DNA of 64,000 nt, taken from Lama guanicoe. Lineage: Eukaryota. Under the pieces are notes generated by a model. The model searched no databases and was not told the DNA's origin. It saw nothing but the letters and a program-made list of their open reading frames with translations. The translations under genes were made by a program, and so were the position numbers. The stretch's first letter is position 1. Each line of letters begins with the position of its first letter. Where the stretch lies: NCBI GenBank assembly GCA_013239625.1, contig MU054187.1, positions 3,793,757-3,857,756 on the forward strand, in the 5' to 3' direction. Positions 50,370 to 64,000 of the stretch are shown here, piece after piece.

Positions 50370-51700
50370 CCAAGACAGTAGGTTTTAATTGACATTTATT
50401 TTCTGTAAGCAAGGTTGAGCATCTTGTTAGACGTTTAAGGACCATTTACATTTCCTTTTGTCAGACCTTCTGTTGTTCCTCTTGCCCATTTTTCTGCCAG
50501 GTTGTTGGTCTTTTCCTTTGATTTTTAGAAGCTCTTTGTGTGTCAGGGTTATTAGCTCTTTGTCTATGTCTGTGATGTACGTTGTAAATCTATTTCCCTG
50601 GTTTGCCACTTGTCCTATACTTTGCTACTGCAAATGTGTTTTCATTTTATGTAGCTAAATTGATCGGTACTCTCCCTTTTTGCCTCTGGGTTTTGAATCA
50701 CAATTTTAGAAAAGCTTTGTACATTTTCAGGTAGTGAAGACATTCACTCCCTTTCTTCTCATACTTGTGTGGTTTTGCTTCCTCCATTTAAATCTCTAAC
50801 CTATTTGGAATTTTCCTGATGTCTAATGGAAGGAATACATACGATTTTTAACAATCATTTTACCTATTACTATTCAGTTAGTCCAGTATCACTTTATTAA
50901 TAAATCCATCCTTTCCCCACAAGTTTGAGATTCTTTCTCATACATACTAAATTTCCACATGCAACTGTGTCCATTTCTGCATTTTCTGTTTTGTCCCATT
51001 AGCCTGTATGTACATTCACGACTCAATATCATGCTGTTTTTAATCAGATAGACTTACCATTTTTGTGGTAAGAATGGTTTTCCCACTCTGCCTGACCCAC
51101 TGCGCTCCTTTCCCAGGGTTTTTGTAGTTACTCTTGCTTGTTTCTTGCTTCCAAATGAACTTCCTATCCACCTGATCTAGTTCAGGAAAACAAAAGTCTG
51201 CTGATATTTTACTGAGATGGCATTAAGCTGATCAATGAGCTGAAGGAGACGTCTTTGCAGCACTGAGCTTTCCTACCAAGGCAGACTGCCTGTCTTTCCA
51301 CTTTTCTGTAAACTCTGTAGTTTTTAGGAGTATTTTATAATTTTCCTCAGATGGGTTTTAAATGTTTCCTAATCCTGTTAAGTTTATACCCAATGGTTTT
51401 TTTGCTGAACGTAAATAGAATCTTTTCCATGATCGATTTTAATTGTTTTGTTTTATATGTGAAGGCTATTTTAAAAAATAGCTACCTAAAACTATTGTGC
51501 TAAATTACCTTATCGTTGGCAGTGGTTTTTCCACTGATTTATTTTGTTGGGGGAGCATTACAGACGTGGAACTCTATCACATGCACATAATTTTATCACA
51601 TGCGGGTACTTCCTACATTTTAATTCTTATGCCATAATTTGCCTTCTCTTATTTTATTACTTTGGCCCAAGTCACCAATACAATGTTCACAGTAGCACCA
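50370..51700 (-). mobile_element. Old L1M ORF2-derived fragment, antisense
   Basis: GGTTGAGCATCTT...GGACCATTTACATTTCCTTT...TTGCCCATTTTTCT. ORFs 50242..50445 and 50427..50609 are weakly L1 ORF2-like. Confidence 0.75.
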
Positions 51701-52179
51701 TCGCTATTTAAGAATGAAGTTGATTGGGTGACCCTTTCTCCTTGCTTCCTTTGGCTCTCCTTCCAGTAGAGGTGCTGGTGGCAGGTAGAGTTCCCAGTGT
51801 TGAGCAGGAGAGAGATGAAGGGAATCCAGGAAGCTGGCTGATTTACAGCCGGGAATTCAGACCTCAGAATATCTACGGTTCACATAAAATGTATCATTTA
51901 ACTGCCAACATTTCAGTGCTTCATTTATTTGGGATCTGCTGAGATAATTGGTCCCTTAATTATAGAGAACCTACATGCTTCCAAGAGATATTTAAGTTGA
52001 GTAATTTCTTCTGCGAGTGTAACACAAAGGAGGAGTAAAGAACTTACCTTGAATTCTCATTGGCCTTCTTCTCATTCCTTCTGCCTAAGCCAGAAGCCAT
52101 CTACCCAAAGTTCTCCTCACATTTATTTAGGGTTTATAAGATGCCAGGTCCAACATTAAGTGTTTTATCTCTTTGGTAA

Positions 52180-52295
52180 GCATAACGCACCAAACTGAGG
52201 TCTGGAGGTGTTATGTAACTTGCTCAAAGTTGCACAGCTCGCAAGAGGCAGAGGTGAGATTGAAACCCAGGACTGCTGGATCCCAGGCTGCGCCC
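52180..52295 (-). mobile_element. MIR fragment
   Basis: AAACTGAGGTCTGGAGGTGTTATGTAACTTGCTCAAAGTTGCACAGCT...GATTGAAACCCAGG. Confidence 0.75.
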
Positions 52296-53149
52296 CCCGC
52301 TCCCTGTGGCCCAGTGCGTCAACTGTAGCCCCTGGTTTGGACATAAACATGCACCAACAGTGAGGATCTCTGAGCAAGTATTGTGGTGTGAGGGGTTCCT
52401 GGCTGCCCATGAGATAACCACCAATTATCTCCAAATGATGACATGCATTAGCATTATTAAATATGCAGTCAAGTTTAAGAAGCCATTTGGCCATGTGGCT
52501 TTGTCCCATCTGCTGACCACAGAGAAGGACTCAATCTATTACCCTGACAAATTACATTTCAGTCCCTTGAGGAAGATACTCAAATCAGAAAATCATCCTC
52601 ACTTTTGCTCCCATGCTTCGTCGCTGGCTTTACTGCGATTTGTTTCTGAAAGCTTCTGACAGAACAGCAGCAACTGGCATGTTTTAAGCCTTATCTTGCT
52701 GCTTCAATTTGAATTATTAAAAAGTTTTAGAAAATAAAAAAAAATGGATGCAAGAATGAGCTGCCACCTCTCTTGGAGAATGAACATGCCTGTCATACTC
52801 TCTCCCATCTTAAAAATAAGGTTATTTTTTAGTACTCTGTGCTTTTATGGAAAGGTTATGTGATTTTAAAAAGTATTATGCATAGAGACAATAAGACAGC
52901 TAAAATAAAATCTTTCTCATTAGCAGGTATTCACTGATGTGTCAGATCTTGATATAACCTAAACTGCCTTCTTTCAACTTTCCTCTTGGGTTTCCTGATT
53001 CTCATTTTTCAAAAAGTTGACAGGCATTTTGTTATTGTCACTAACGTCTCCCACTCAGCTCTTAGGCATGCATTGTTCTGAGGAAGACGTTGTCACCTGC
53101 CCTCTCCCCTCCACCAGTTCAGTTTAAGAAGGTGAAGCAGATGATAGAC

Positions 53150-53572
53150 CTTTGACATGTGCTTCAGTCCAGGCTGGCAAGGAATAGCAGTTTTATTCGG
53201 AAAACCAGCAGACCAAGAAGCTGGTGGACTAGTGTCCCAAAGAATCATCTTCTCTGAGTTAGAATTCAGGCTTCTTTTATACTAAAAGGGGAAGGGGTAA
53301 AGTTTGGACCCTGGAGGGGAGGTGTTAATTTCTTCCTTCCTGCAGCCATTTGCAGATGGACGTGATCAGGATGCTTCCTGTGGGCTTAACAAAGGTATTT
53401 TAGCTTAATGCTCATTAGCTGGGAGGCAGGGTTCCCAGAGATGGGCCATTATGTATAATTTAAACTTAGAGGCAACATCCCTTTAGTGATTAACAGACAG
53501 TAGATACAAAGGTTAAAGTAAAAGGAAAGGGAACCGATCTAATGTAGGGTTAGATTTGTTCTTCTCTGTTAC
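53150..53572 (-). mobile_element. ERV1-type solo LTR (MER34/MER39-like)
   Basis: Ends TGTTACA (TGTAACA LTR start on minus). Has TTTTATAC (TATA) and TTTTATT (AATAAA) in the correct minus-strand order. Family assignment is from memory. Confidence 0.65.
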
Positions 53573-55119
53573 ATTATTACGAATATCTATTATGTTATTT
53601 TTATATATTACATAACATTGTATATACACACATGTTATACATAATATATATGTGGACATGTATACACAGAAACCCACACATATAAATTATTTTTAAAATT
53701 TGGAATAATAAAGTTTTTATTTTACTTTTCTCATCTAACCTTATGTTGTGACATTTTCCAGGCCTTACTATGATCAAAATAAATTATTACTTTAGTTTTG
53801 GGCACTGATACTGTTTCTAAATATTCATTTTTTTTTTTTAAAAAAGAACAGCTTCAGTGAAGAATCTTGAACTTACGTCTTTGTCAGTATCTTTGATCAC
53901 ATTAACTTGTGGCTCCTTTAATAAGTCAAAACCACGGAAGACTGTGTTCTAATTTAGCGACTCAGTGGAATTGAGTCCAGAAACATTTCCAAAATGAGCT
54001 CATTGAATAGCTTTCCAAATCTCTTGCTCTCAGAGGAAGGAAAGGAGCCTGGAAAAGCCCCTCTTCTCAGTCTCCGCACCACCGCCCCTCACCGCTCCCA
54101 GCTACCTTTTCTCTCTCTGCGCGCTAAGCACCTGCCGCGGGAGCCCTTGGTACCGGGGGTGCCGGGTAAGGGCAGCACCGTAGCTGCCAGTGGCTATTTC
54201 GGTAAAGCTCTTCTGCGTGGCCCTCGTGATGAGCTCAGAGAACATAACTTGGCTTCAGGGTATTTGATTTCACATAGTGAACTTCGCTGTGCTGGAGCTC
54301 AGGCTGAGAATCACACCACAGTGCTAGGAGACCAGTCCTCAGAACCTCAGCAGGTAGGACCTCATGCCCTGGAAGCATTAAAGGTTGGTAATAGTTGATT
54401 AATGAGATGTGAGAGTCGATGAAGAGAGACAACCGCTGATTAGCATGTCGTCCGGTTTTAGATGGGGCAGACCAGAGTTTTACAACTTCTAGCATCATTA
54501 GCCTCAGTTACACCATGACATGAATGCAAAATGTAATTTCCACCACCAGTTTTAGTAGTTAGCCCGATAAAATATGCTTTGGCATACTGAGAAAATAGTT
54601 TAGTTCAGTGTTAATGGTGGGGATTGAGGGTTTGGAGTAATGACTTCTAAATAAAATGATATTCAGTAATGACAATGATTGGATGCCCTCCTCCGTCCAG
54701 TGCAGATAAGCTGGCTCCTCCTCCACTGTCTCTTGAGCTTATCCTAGGGAGATAATTCAATGCATGCCTCAGAAGGCTTGTTTGGAGAAGACCTCTGTGA
54801 TGTCACTGGGGTGCAGGACACCTAGCCAGGCCTGGGTCACAGGCCCGGGAGACCCTTACGCTCACGCCAGCTCTGGACTTTCTTCCGCAGCCACCCGTCT
54901 CCTCCAGCACCCACACCTCCCGCCCCTTCCCTGAGTCCCTCGCCTGTCTGCCCTTGGTGACCTCCTGCTCGTGGCCCCAGTGTGGACGTCTCTTCCGCTG
55001 CTGGACCTCACCCTGTCGTCCTGCTCTTGTTTTGTGGGTGTTGGCACCAGGGGGCCGGGCCTGACTTCTTGGGGCTGATTCTGGCTTTCCCTGCTTTCTG
55101 TGCCTGCTGGGGAGATATG

Positions 55120-55260
55120 CTCCACCACCTTAAACCTCTGTTTCCTCATCTGTAAAAGGAGGTGAATAAGACTGATGTCATAGGATTGTGAGGAGTAGGG
55201 GAGGTGACAGACAGCTGGCACACAGCGAGGACTGAGTGTTCCCTGTTACTAATATTATTA
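55120..55260 (+). mobile_element. MIR fragment
   Basis: CCTCTGTTTCCTCATCTGTAAAAGGAG...TCATAGGATTGTGAGGA. Confidence 0.75.
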
Positions 55261-55365
55261 GAGTTTGGGAGCTCTTCAGGGTCAGGGATTGGCTTTAAGC
55301 TTTCTGCTTTATCTTCGTGGGATGTGGCACCGGTAGAACACCTGTCGATGATCAGTACTTACTTG

Positions 55366-55735
55366 CCTGGAGATCGTCACTAAGTGAAGGAAATCAGAAA
55401 GAGAGAGAAAAATACCGTATGATACCACTCATATGTGACATCTAAGAAAAAAAAAAAAGGACACAAATGAACTTATTTACAAAACAGACAGACTCACAGA
55501 TACAGAAAACAAACTTGTGGTTACCAGTGGGGAAGAGGGTATGGAGGGGTAAATTGTGAGTTTGTGATTTGCAGATACTAACTACTATATATAAAATAGA
55601 TAAACAAGACTATACTGCATAGCGCAGGAAACTATATTCAGATGGCCTACAATAATACTGTGGAAAGGAACATGCATGTGTGCTGTGCACCAGAAATGAA
55701 CACAATACTGTAAGTCTACTAAACGTCAGTAAGAA
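55366..55735 (+). mobile_element. Cetartiodactyl-type L1 3' end with a near-perfect 13-bp TSD
   Basis: GACACAAATGAACTTATTTACAAAACAGA...GAAAACAAACTTGTGGTTACCAG. Flanks CAGTACTTACTTG (55353-55365) and CAGAACTTACTTG (55736-55748). Confidence 0.85.
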
Positions 55736-57339
55736 CAGAACTTACTTGTTATTTGACTCCTTTTCCTAGAGTCTGGTGATTTTCTCCAAGCACAGCCCTT
55801 TGTGGGAGGCTCCTGGCTTTCCTGATTGTCACCTGTGTGGGGTCTGTCAGCGCAATGCCAAGGCTGCAGCCTCTTTCCCATTTTATATGTGACTGGCAGT
55901 GTGTTCATAAATGTTTACCAGGCAGCTCTTCACTTAAAAAGAGTCCTGATCTGAAGCATTTGCGGGTCTCTGGGGTGTAGGTCGTTCCACTGTGGCCAGT
56001 TTCAAGCTTCCGTTGTGGCGTGGGCTGGCTTGCAAAGGCCCCCAGTTCTGCAGCTGGCTCTCTGGGGCTGCTCAACTTCGCTGCTCAATCTCCCTAAACC
56101 TAGAAAGTAGCGTTCTTAGGTGCGCCAGGATTCCCTGGGGGTGGGCGGGTGTCCCCTGCACCACCTGACTTTCCTGAGACCCTGGTGAGATCTGAATCCA
56201 CAGCCAGACTCCATCCTCCAAACCCCCTGGCAGCACTTTGGGGCATGGATGTCACAATGAGAAACGTCAAAATGTACCTGCTTTACAGGCTGCCCATGTT
56301 GTCCAAAGACACTTGCTTGTCAAATGGAACGTGAAACAGATTTAATCAGCAATAGCAATAGACTCCTTGGAATCATGGTCTGCGCCTGCTGACCGTGTCT
56401 TCTAAGCCCTCAGTCAGCTGTTAAGTGAACGAGGGCAGTGTCTGCAGAAGCTGTGTCCTTGGAGGACCCCTCGGGGCTGTCACCTAGGGCTGCATACGTT
56501 GCACACAGCACAGCTCCACCGGCTACGACGTGAATGATGCCCCCTGGAGTTGTGGGCTGCTGCCGCCTTTTCTACTTTACTTACACGCATTCCCTCCTGT
56601 GTGTGTGGAAGACGTGGACAACCAAACAGCTAGAAAATCAGAAACGTCAGAGGGCCTAATGGAGAAACTGTTCTCCCTCTCAGATCTATAAATACAGGGA
56701 CAGCTTGTGTATCCCACGGTAGATAAATGGCCCGTGTCCAATTTGGCAAGGATTTATGGAGTTCTCATCACATACACGGAGCCTGCTAGGTGCAATTATA
56801 ACATTATCCTGTCCCAATGTGCCCAGCACAAGTTTGCAGCTGCCCGTCACCCTGCCTCAGAAATCTCTTTTATAAAGTAGCACTGTGTTCACCTTCTATT
56901 GGCTGAATCGTTTAACTCATTGGATTTATAGTATTTTGTTGTGCGCCCTGAGGAGCAGTCAGGTGGAGAACAGGTGTGGGACGAAGGTCTCCTCCAAGAG
57001 CATCTTATCTTCTTGGGAGAACACACGGGCACACGCCCCTTTGGGAATACCTCTCAGCAGTGACATGGTGACTTTGCTTAAAGCCTGAACGTAGGGGACG
57101 TCATCTATCTCAGTAAATGCTGTCCACTCCACACTCGCTACTCTTGGAACGTGCCTGTGCCTCCCAGGGCTGTTACCGTCGAGACCGTGTTTGCATTTCC
57201 TCCTTGGGAATTACCCACGGAATCCACGGCACGGTCTTCTGATTATCCACAGTTCGTACCCTTTGTTTTGAGAGTAGATTTAGGGCTAATTCTTTGGTAA
57301 ACTTATAGGCTTATGAACTAATTTTGAAGATGTGACAGA

Positions 57340-57840
57340 TGTTCTAGTTTGACATTCAATATCCGTCCAGTTCCTGGTCCGTCGCCTCCCATTAAGACAG
57401 AGGCTGGGAAGCTGAAATATTCAATTTCCGGGCTTTTGCGTGCAGCCTGGGAGACTAGGCGATGCCGTCCCCACGGGTGACGCGTCAGTGGACGTCCCGG
57501 GGAAGGGTGCTCCTCTCCACGCAAAGTGAAGGCCATTGTTGACCCTTTTTCCTTCTTCGGTGCCTGTGTCTCCCCACCACCTGCACCCCACCAGGATTCT
57601 GGGGGGAGGATCGGCCAGTTTGCAAACACAAGGGCACCTTGAGGACAGATGTCACATCCTGGGGATGGTAGGGCAGAGGAGGGGAGATCCTGGCAACATC
57701 CCAGAACAGCCACCCCAGAGGCACCCCTGGACTTTGTGCCTCTGGACATTCTGTTACGTGAACAACATACACTTGTGACCTATTAAGCATCTGGTCGTCT
57801 GGTTATCCAGACGTGGTTGCAGAACTGATTTCTCACTGGG
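57340..57840 (+). mobile_element. Old MLT1 (J/K-like) LTR
   Basis: GAGGCTGGGAAGCTGAAATATTCAATTTCC...GGGGATGGTAGGGCAGA...CCTCTGGACATTCTGTTACGTGA. Confidence 0.5.
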
Positions 57841-59687
57841 TCCTGAAGATGATTCCATGAAAGGAATTCCCACTGTATCTTGAGTCATAGCAGGATTACT
57901 GAAGACATGTTGCTTTCCATCTGTACAAGGCTCGGATCGTTGGGGCTTTGGTAAATGGAGGCGAGGGAGGGGGCTGACATTCACTGAGCATCTCCTTGGT
58001 GCCAGGTACATGTCACGTGCTGTTTCCTTTAATGAGGTCCATGAAATGGGAGTTAGTTTCAATACTACAGCCACCAAAGGGGGAGCTGGAGTTTAAGGTC
58101 TGGAGTTCCAGTTTGAGGTCTCAGGGCTTCGGAGCCTGGAGTGTGTGTGTGTGTGGCAGGGGGACCAAAGGGCATTGGAGCTAAAGGTAACGTTGACAAG
58201 AACAGACATAAGTAGGGAAAGTGGTGAGCATGTTGGCCTGGCTGGAGTTTAGACTTCATTTTGAGAAGCACAGGAAGATAAATGCAGGCAGAAAAAATCA
58301 CAGAAAGGAGGGCCATGAGTTATGGAGAGCCATGGCTCTTCATCCAGTGACTGGAGCCGCTGGTTTGTAGGAAGCAATTGTGCATTTTTTGGAGGGGAAA
58401 TGACATGGTGCGCTCTTGGAAGTGTTATCTGGCCCCAGTTTCACTGTAAGTAGAAGAGGAAATAGACTCAATCAAAACTAGATTAGATCGCTTTGTAGGG
58501 AACTACCTTTGCCAAAACAGCTGTTTCCTAGATGAGGTACCTCCATACCAGGATCACTACGCTTGTCTGAGTCCGTGCTGGAGCCTCGGACAGGTAAGGA
58601 TGCCAGGCCAGGTGTCTGTGGGATAAATGGAGGAGGAGTTTGCATCTTGCCTTGGCATGCTTTTAGAAACTTCTTATTCTTCATGCTCTTTCTCAGGATT
58701 TGATAAAAGACAGAAAAGCTTATTTCGTCTAGGGTAGGAGGAGAGCGTTAGAAGAAACCTTTGAAAATTCGCAATGACACGTAACACAAGACAGCAGAGG
58801 CCCCAGTCCCGGTGTCTGGGAGGTGTGGACACAGCGTCTTGCCAGTATAGTGATGACTCTCTTCCTAACAAAGCAGTAAACAGTTAGAGGCTCAATAAGG
58901 CTTTAGTGGAATAGATAGCTTGATTTAATTTTAAAAATTTATTTTAAATTTCTCTCCTCTTTTTTTTCTTTTTAAGTTTAAGAATCTTATTTAATCAGAA
59001 CTCATTACAGTGCCTTTCTGCAGTTGTCGGCACGTGCATAGCATTTACGACAGTTTAACTGCTGGGATCGGAAGGCTGAACTTGGAGTGAAACTTGCTGC
59101 CGTGGACGACAGCTTTTATACACAGACGCCAGTGGCTGTCTGCTCAGTCATCCCACCCTTCCTGGCTGTGCTGACTGGCGTCCATTTTCTTTTTCCGCAA
59201 ATACATTGTCTGTTAAGCCTAGACGGTAGGTCATCAAAGGATTAAGATACAACCTAGGCAGATACTGGTGTCAGTTTATCTCCCTTTAAACTAAATGGAT
59301 AAAATATTTTGCTTAGGTTTTTAATACTGTATTTAAGGCCCAGGCCTCTCCGAGGCGTCTGTATGTTCCAGAATCTAAGCTGCACAGAAGCCCTGTTTAG
59401 CTGTCGAAGGCTCACCCTCTTGTTACAGAGAACCTCCCAGGCTGCTCTGAAGTCGGCTGGGGGAGGGAGGCTGGTGCTCGGCCCCCCCGTGGCTCTGGGC
59501 GAGGCAGCACTTTGTCCCAAGGCCTCTCTTTGCTTAACCTGAAGGGACATTAAGGGTCCGGGAGGCGTGACATGCGACAGTTTTATTGTGATGATTCTGT
59601 TTCAGTGACAAGGCTGAAGCTGTTTGTTGCTTTCCAGGGGCATTTAAATCTCCTTCAGACACTTACTGCTCTTCTGGCAGACCCCCA

Positions 59688-60062
59688 TCTCAGTCATCTC
59701 CAGCTGCCGTAACAAAACACCACAGACGGAGTGACTTAAATAAAGGACGCTTATTTCTCACAGTTCTGGAGGCTGGGCAGTCCTCAGGGCAGGGCGCCAG
59801 CAGGTTCGGTTCTTGCTGCGGTCTCTGTTCCAGGCGCACAAAGGCGCCCACCTTGCTGTGCGCTCACGTGACCCTTCTTTGTGAGCTGAGGGCTCGTAGA
59901 GAAGGAGTGCGGGTCTCCCTTCCTCTTCTTGTAAGGACGTGGGTCCTATTCTTAAAACTCTCATGGCCTCCTCCATGCCTGATATCTCTCAAGGCCTCCA
60001 GCATGGGGGTCGGGGCTTCAACATATGAATTTGGGGGGGGCCCAAACATTCAGTCCACAACA
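59688..60062 (-). mobile_element. MLT1A/B-like MaLR LTR
   Basis: GCTGCCGTAACAAAACACCACAGAC...TTATTTCTCACAGTTCTGGAGGCTGG...GGCTTCAACATATGAATTTGGGGG...AACATTCAGTCCACAACA. Confidence 0.85.
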
Positions 60063-61639
60063 TACTCCCATTCTCCTTCCTTCAGCCTGAAACCTCCCCT
60101 CTTTCTTTTTACTGTGTCTCTTCACTTAACAAAGCAATGGAAAATTTCTTTAAAATGTCTGGTATTTTTATCATCTTACTTTTTGTTTATTGATCTATGG
60201 AAAAAGAAGTGGTGCAAAGCCAGCAAAATTTAAGAGGACTTGAAAGCCAACTTCTCTGAGACATGCTGGTGGGAGTTCCTCATGATACCGACAACCACAT
60301 GCCCCTTGCATGTATTTCTTATTAAGATATTTTGTCTTTGTCTTGCCCACACAAATGGATACCACGCAAACGGCAGATAATGGATATAATTACCAACAAA
60401 TAATCCAGTTGTTAAGAGTATAAAACGGGAAACTTCAGCCAAGTGTTGGCAGTAGCTGGTAACAACACTCTTGGCGATATAAAAAGATATCTTGCAGTTA
60501 AAAAAAAAATCCAAAAAATAGAACCCCACAATTCCTGAAATAGTCAATTCATCTTGGAAATCTCAAGTTACTTAAAAAATTTCCAACGGACATAGTCACC
60601 CCAACAGCAACAGCATTGAAATAGGGACATTGTTAATTTATGTGGGGTTAAAAATACTGCCTACTTTCCTGGATAATTTTAGCTTTTAACTTCAGCTCCG
60701 AAGTTCCGCAGACACCTGAAGGAATCTCGGTGTTGCTCCCCAGCGCTCCTGCACATCCTTGTCAAGCTGCAAGGACTGCCATTGTCGCCAGTTTTAGGAC
60801 TCATGCTGCTTTCCAAAGGAAAGCAGGGTTTAGAAGGGCTCCTCTTTTGCCACCTTGTTTGGATCATTCTTCCTCTTCCTGGAGGGGAAGGATGACAAAA
60901 TTCATACTGAATTTATGGTCCAATTTTGTCTCCTTTAGAAAGTTTTCACCTCAAATGCAAAACACTTGAAATAGAATGAAACCTCACTGGAGAAAACAGT
61001 CGGCCAGTGGGCGCTGGGGACAGGTCCTGGCCGCCAAGAGCAAGGTCCGGTTCCAGAGGTCTGACCTTTGCGAGGCTCAGACGGGGCCCTGGCTTTACCA
61101 TGCACTGATGTCTAAGAAGGCTTGGGAGGGAATGATAACCCACTTGCCGGTGCTAAGAGCAGTATTGACTCCATGTATCTACTCGCTGGATCTGAGCTTC
61201 ATGAGACTTGGAAACATGAAAGGCTGTGAATGTCACTGGCCAGGGGGGATTGATGCAGTGGCTACTGGGTGGAAGAAACAGAGGGTTCCCAGGGGAAGCC
61301 CATTCTCTGGGGGGCTCTCTTTGGCTCCCAGTGGAGGGGGGGTAATGCACTGCAGACTCTAGTGAAGGGTCCTCTTCTCTTCCTGGGGACGCCTTTCTCT
61401 TCTTGGTCCCAGACCGATTGCTTTAGGAGAAACCATTGCCAGGCATTTTTTTTTTTCCAACTCTTGGAGAAACACTTTGTGCCAAGTGGATTCTGCTGAC
61501 AGAGAAGGGACAGGGTGTGACATGCAGGGTCTGAAGCGGAGTGCAGGCGACCTCCCTTCTTGGAAAAAGGCATGAAGATATTCTTTTCTGGTGGTAACTA
61601 CAACCTTTCAGCAGAGTCTAGAACTTTGCTGGGTGCTTG

Positions 61640-61960
61640 TCCACTGTGTGCCAGGGCCTGCGGGTACTCAGTTCGGAAGGGTTCCAGATGACCCCACGAT
61701 CTACTGAGGGAGGTGAAAACCAAGTGGAAACGGTGGAGTAACAAAATAATTACGGACGGTGATGAGAGCTGTAAAGACAACGGACAGGATGCTGGGAGGG
61801 AGAAGAACCACCTTTCAGACTTGTTTTAGGTAAAGCGATTCAGGACGGCCTCTCTGAGGAGGTGATCCCGCTGTGCAGTACAGGAAGGACCCAGCAGTGG
61901 GCAGGACCAGGGCACAAGCATTCTGGGCAGAGGGAACAGCAGTTACAAAGACACCGAGGT
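61640..61960. mobile_element. L2 fragment
   Basis: CACTGTGTGCCAGG...GGCCTCTCTGAGGAGGTGA...GCATTCTGGGCAGAGGGAACAGCAG. Confidence 0.65.
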
Positions 61961-63479
61961 CCTTTCACACTGGAAATGAACTGCTGTGGGTCACCGTGGG
62001 GGAGAGGACTTACCTTTTAGCTGATGACCTTTCTTTCAGAAGCTCACTCTTGTGCGGAATGATTGGTCCCATCTGCACGTGATGTTGACATTTGGTGTGG
62101 ATAAATAGGAGGCCTGGTAAAGATTATATCCTGGAGCGGATAAAAAGAGTGATAAGTTTTCTGTTTTGTTCCCCCCCTTTTTTTTTTTCCAGGGAGCTAT
62201 TTTTCAACCAGAAGCCAAATATGGCTTTAATGCTAGAATCTGATTAATAATAAAACACCTGTGCATGTTTTTCTTATTTCCCCTTTGTTCTGCCCAAGAG
62301 CATTAATATAGGCTTGTTTTAAAAGTAGGTGTGAAACAGAAATGCGTATGTCACTGGAAATCACACGCGTTTGAAGGGCTGTAATCCTCCCCTGGAAGAA
62401 GTCTATCAGTTGAATCTATTTCATATTAGAGAAGCCATTTCTCTGGCTGGTTTTTGATAAGTTATGAATAATTTTCAAAATAAGGTGGTATTTTATTCTT
62501 CTTGAAAAGGACAGCAAATGCATAGCTTTGCATTTCAAAGTATGACAGTATTATGACTCAGACAGACTTCATTCTTTTCTGAAAAAAAAAAAAAAACAAC
62601 TTAGTTCCTTTTCTCTTTCCTAAACTGTTGTATTTGAAAGTTGGAGTTACTCTGACAATAACACAGTTAGAAATATTAAAGTTTTAGGAAATGTCACCTC
62701 ATAGGTTACAGGGGAATTTGTACTTGTATCATTAGAACGGTGAGTCTGTGCTAACCTTGCTATAGGATGTTATTTATGATAACCGGATGTTGTAATTTTG
62801 GAATGTGGTGGAATTGACTTTTCACAGCACTGCTGTTTTTGGCTGTCACACTAAGCAGCAGAGAGTCTGGAGGACACAGATACATGGTTGTGAGGTATGT
62901 ACAGTGGGCCAGGTAACGTGTCCTCAAACACGCTGTTCTGAGTGGCTTCTCTCTTGGGTCCGAAGGATTTAACTGCACTTTCAGTGCATAAACAGAAGGA
63001 AATGCACAGAAAGAAACATCCCCAGAGAGAGCTTGCTTTAAGTTGTTCTAACTCGGGGCGACAGATACTGGAGCTTCTAAAAAGACGTATCTGGGCAGGA
63101 AACAGCCGATGCAAAGAGCTGGCGTATTTTCCCTTCTCATTCCGCTATCCGGAGACGCGACCTTCCTTGGCAGTCTGTCCTGGGAACGGCAGTGATTTCT
63201 TTATGATTCTGCTTCAGAGCCTTGGCTTGTGGGAGGAGGCGGCAGAAGGCAGGACGACTAGGAGCAGGAAGGAAGCAGCAACGTAGCACGCAGACATCGG
63301 GGTACCGCGAATTTCTCCGCGACTGTCTCCCATTCCTCAAGTCTCCTTCTCTTGGTGATCGGCCACGATAGCCCATCATTACTCTGAAACGCCTTCCTCT
63401 GAGGTTACCGGGGCTTCTTCGGAGCTCACCCACCTGTGCACACCAGGCCCTCCTCTCCTCTGCCGTCTGCTCCCGGAAG

Positions 63480-64000
63480 CCGCCTCCGCTGCCTGCCTCT
63501 GTGTGGGGCCCTCTAGGCGACATCCTTGGTCATCTTGTCAAGCTCTGTTAGGACCTCTGCCAACCTGCATCGCTTCTGTTTTCTCCCAGGTCCCAGACCT
63601 AGGTTCTCAGTTGCTCACGAATTGCTTCCTCTGGGAGTTTGTACACATCAAGTTAACTTGTCCAAAATGTAGGGTATTTTCCCCTCCAGCTTAAAACGTA
63701 CCCGTCTTCTCTGTTCCCAGGCATGGCAGATGCCTGCCAGTCACCCGTTTTTTTGTAGAGTTCCCTTTGCCTACAACTTCCCAGTAATCACTGGGTCACC
63801 AAACCCTGTTGGTGCCGTGGCATCAGTCTCCTTCGCCCAGGATCCCATCATGGTCCCACTGCTGTCCTTCCGGCCTCTCAGCCCTCACTGCCGGGGCTGT
63901 CCTCTGCCACCCAGCACACACCCAGAGCTACCAGGTATTCCTCCCGAAAAGACATGCGGGTCCTTCACCCTGTTGTTTTTAAAGTCCTCAGCTGAGCCCC
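63480..64000. mobile_element. L2 fragment
   Basis: TCTCCCAGGTCCCAGACC...ACATCAAGTTAACTTGTCCAAAA...CCTTCACCCTGTTGTTTTTAAAGTCCTCAG. Confidence 0.5.

Noticed and set aside
58326..58339. 14-bp perfect palindrome AGAGCCATGGCTCT
   Set aside because: About four such palindromes are expected by chance in 64 kb (64000/4^7).
1..64000. CRISPR arrays, tRNA/rRNA genes or prokaryotic-type systems
   Set aside because: No repeat-spacer arrays or RNA gene signatures seen; the sequence is mammalian intergenic and genic DNA.

Overview
Mammalian genomic DNA carrying one recognisable protein-coding gene, proenkephalin (PENK), on the minus strand. I reconstruct four exons (two 5' non-coding, two coding), giving a 266-aa preproenkephalin with 7 enkephalin units, plus a TATA box, the ENKCRE cAMP enhancer, a CpG island and two poly(A) signals. 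The rest is intergenic sequence with old L1, L2, MIR and MLT/ERV LTR fragments and microsatellites. The style of the young L1 3' ends, and the lack of any Alu, B1/B2, Bov-A/tA or PRE-1 SINE I could recognise, suggest a camelid-like cetartiodactyl; this is inference. There are two near-identical duplications: 4.2 kb around a 482-N gap (probably an unmerged-haplotype artefact) and a gap-free 1854-bp tandem duplication with a 14-bp junction insert (possibly real). Other points of interest are a canonical RE1/NRSE in PENK intron 3, substitutions in the ENKCRE hairpin and AP-4 site, absence of any N-glycosylation sequon, a Ser>Gly change in the enkelytin region, and an amidorphin Gly-Lys-Arg amidation signal. 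I found no evidence for a wholly new biological system. Comparisons with other species are from memory and need alignment. Repeat boundaries and subfamily names are by eye and approximate.
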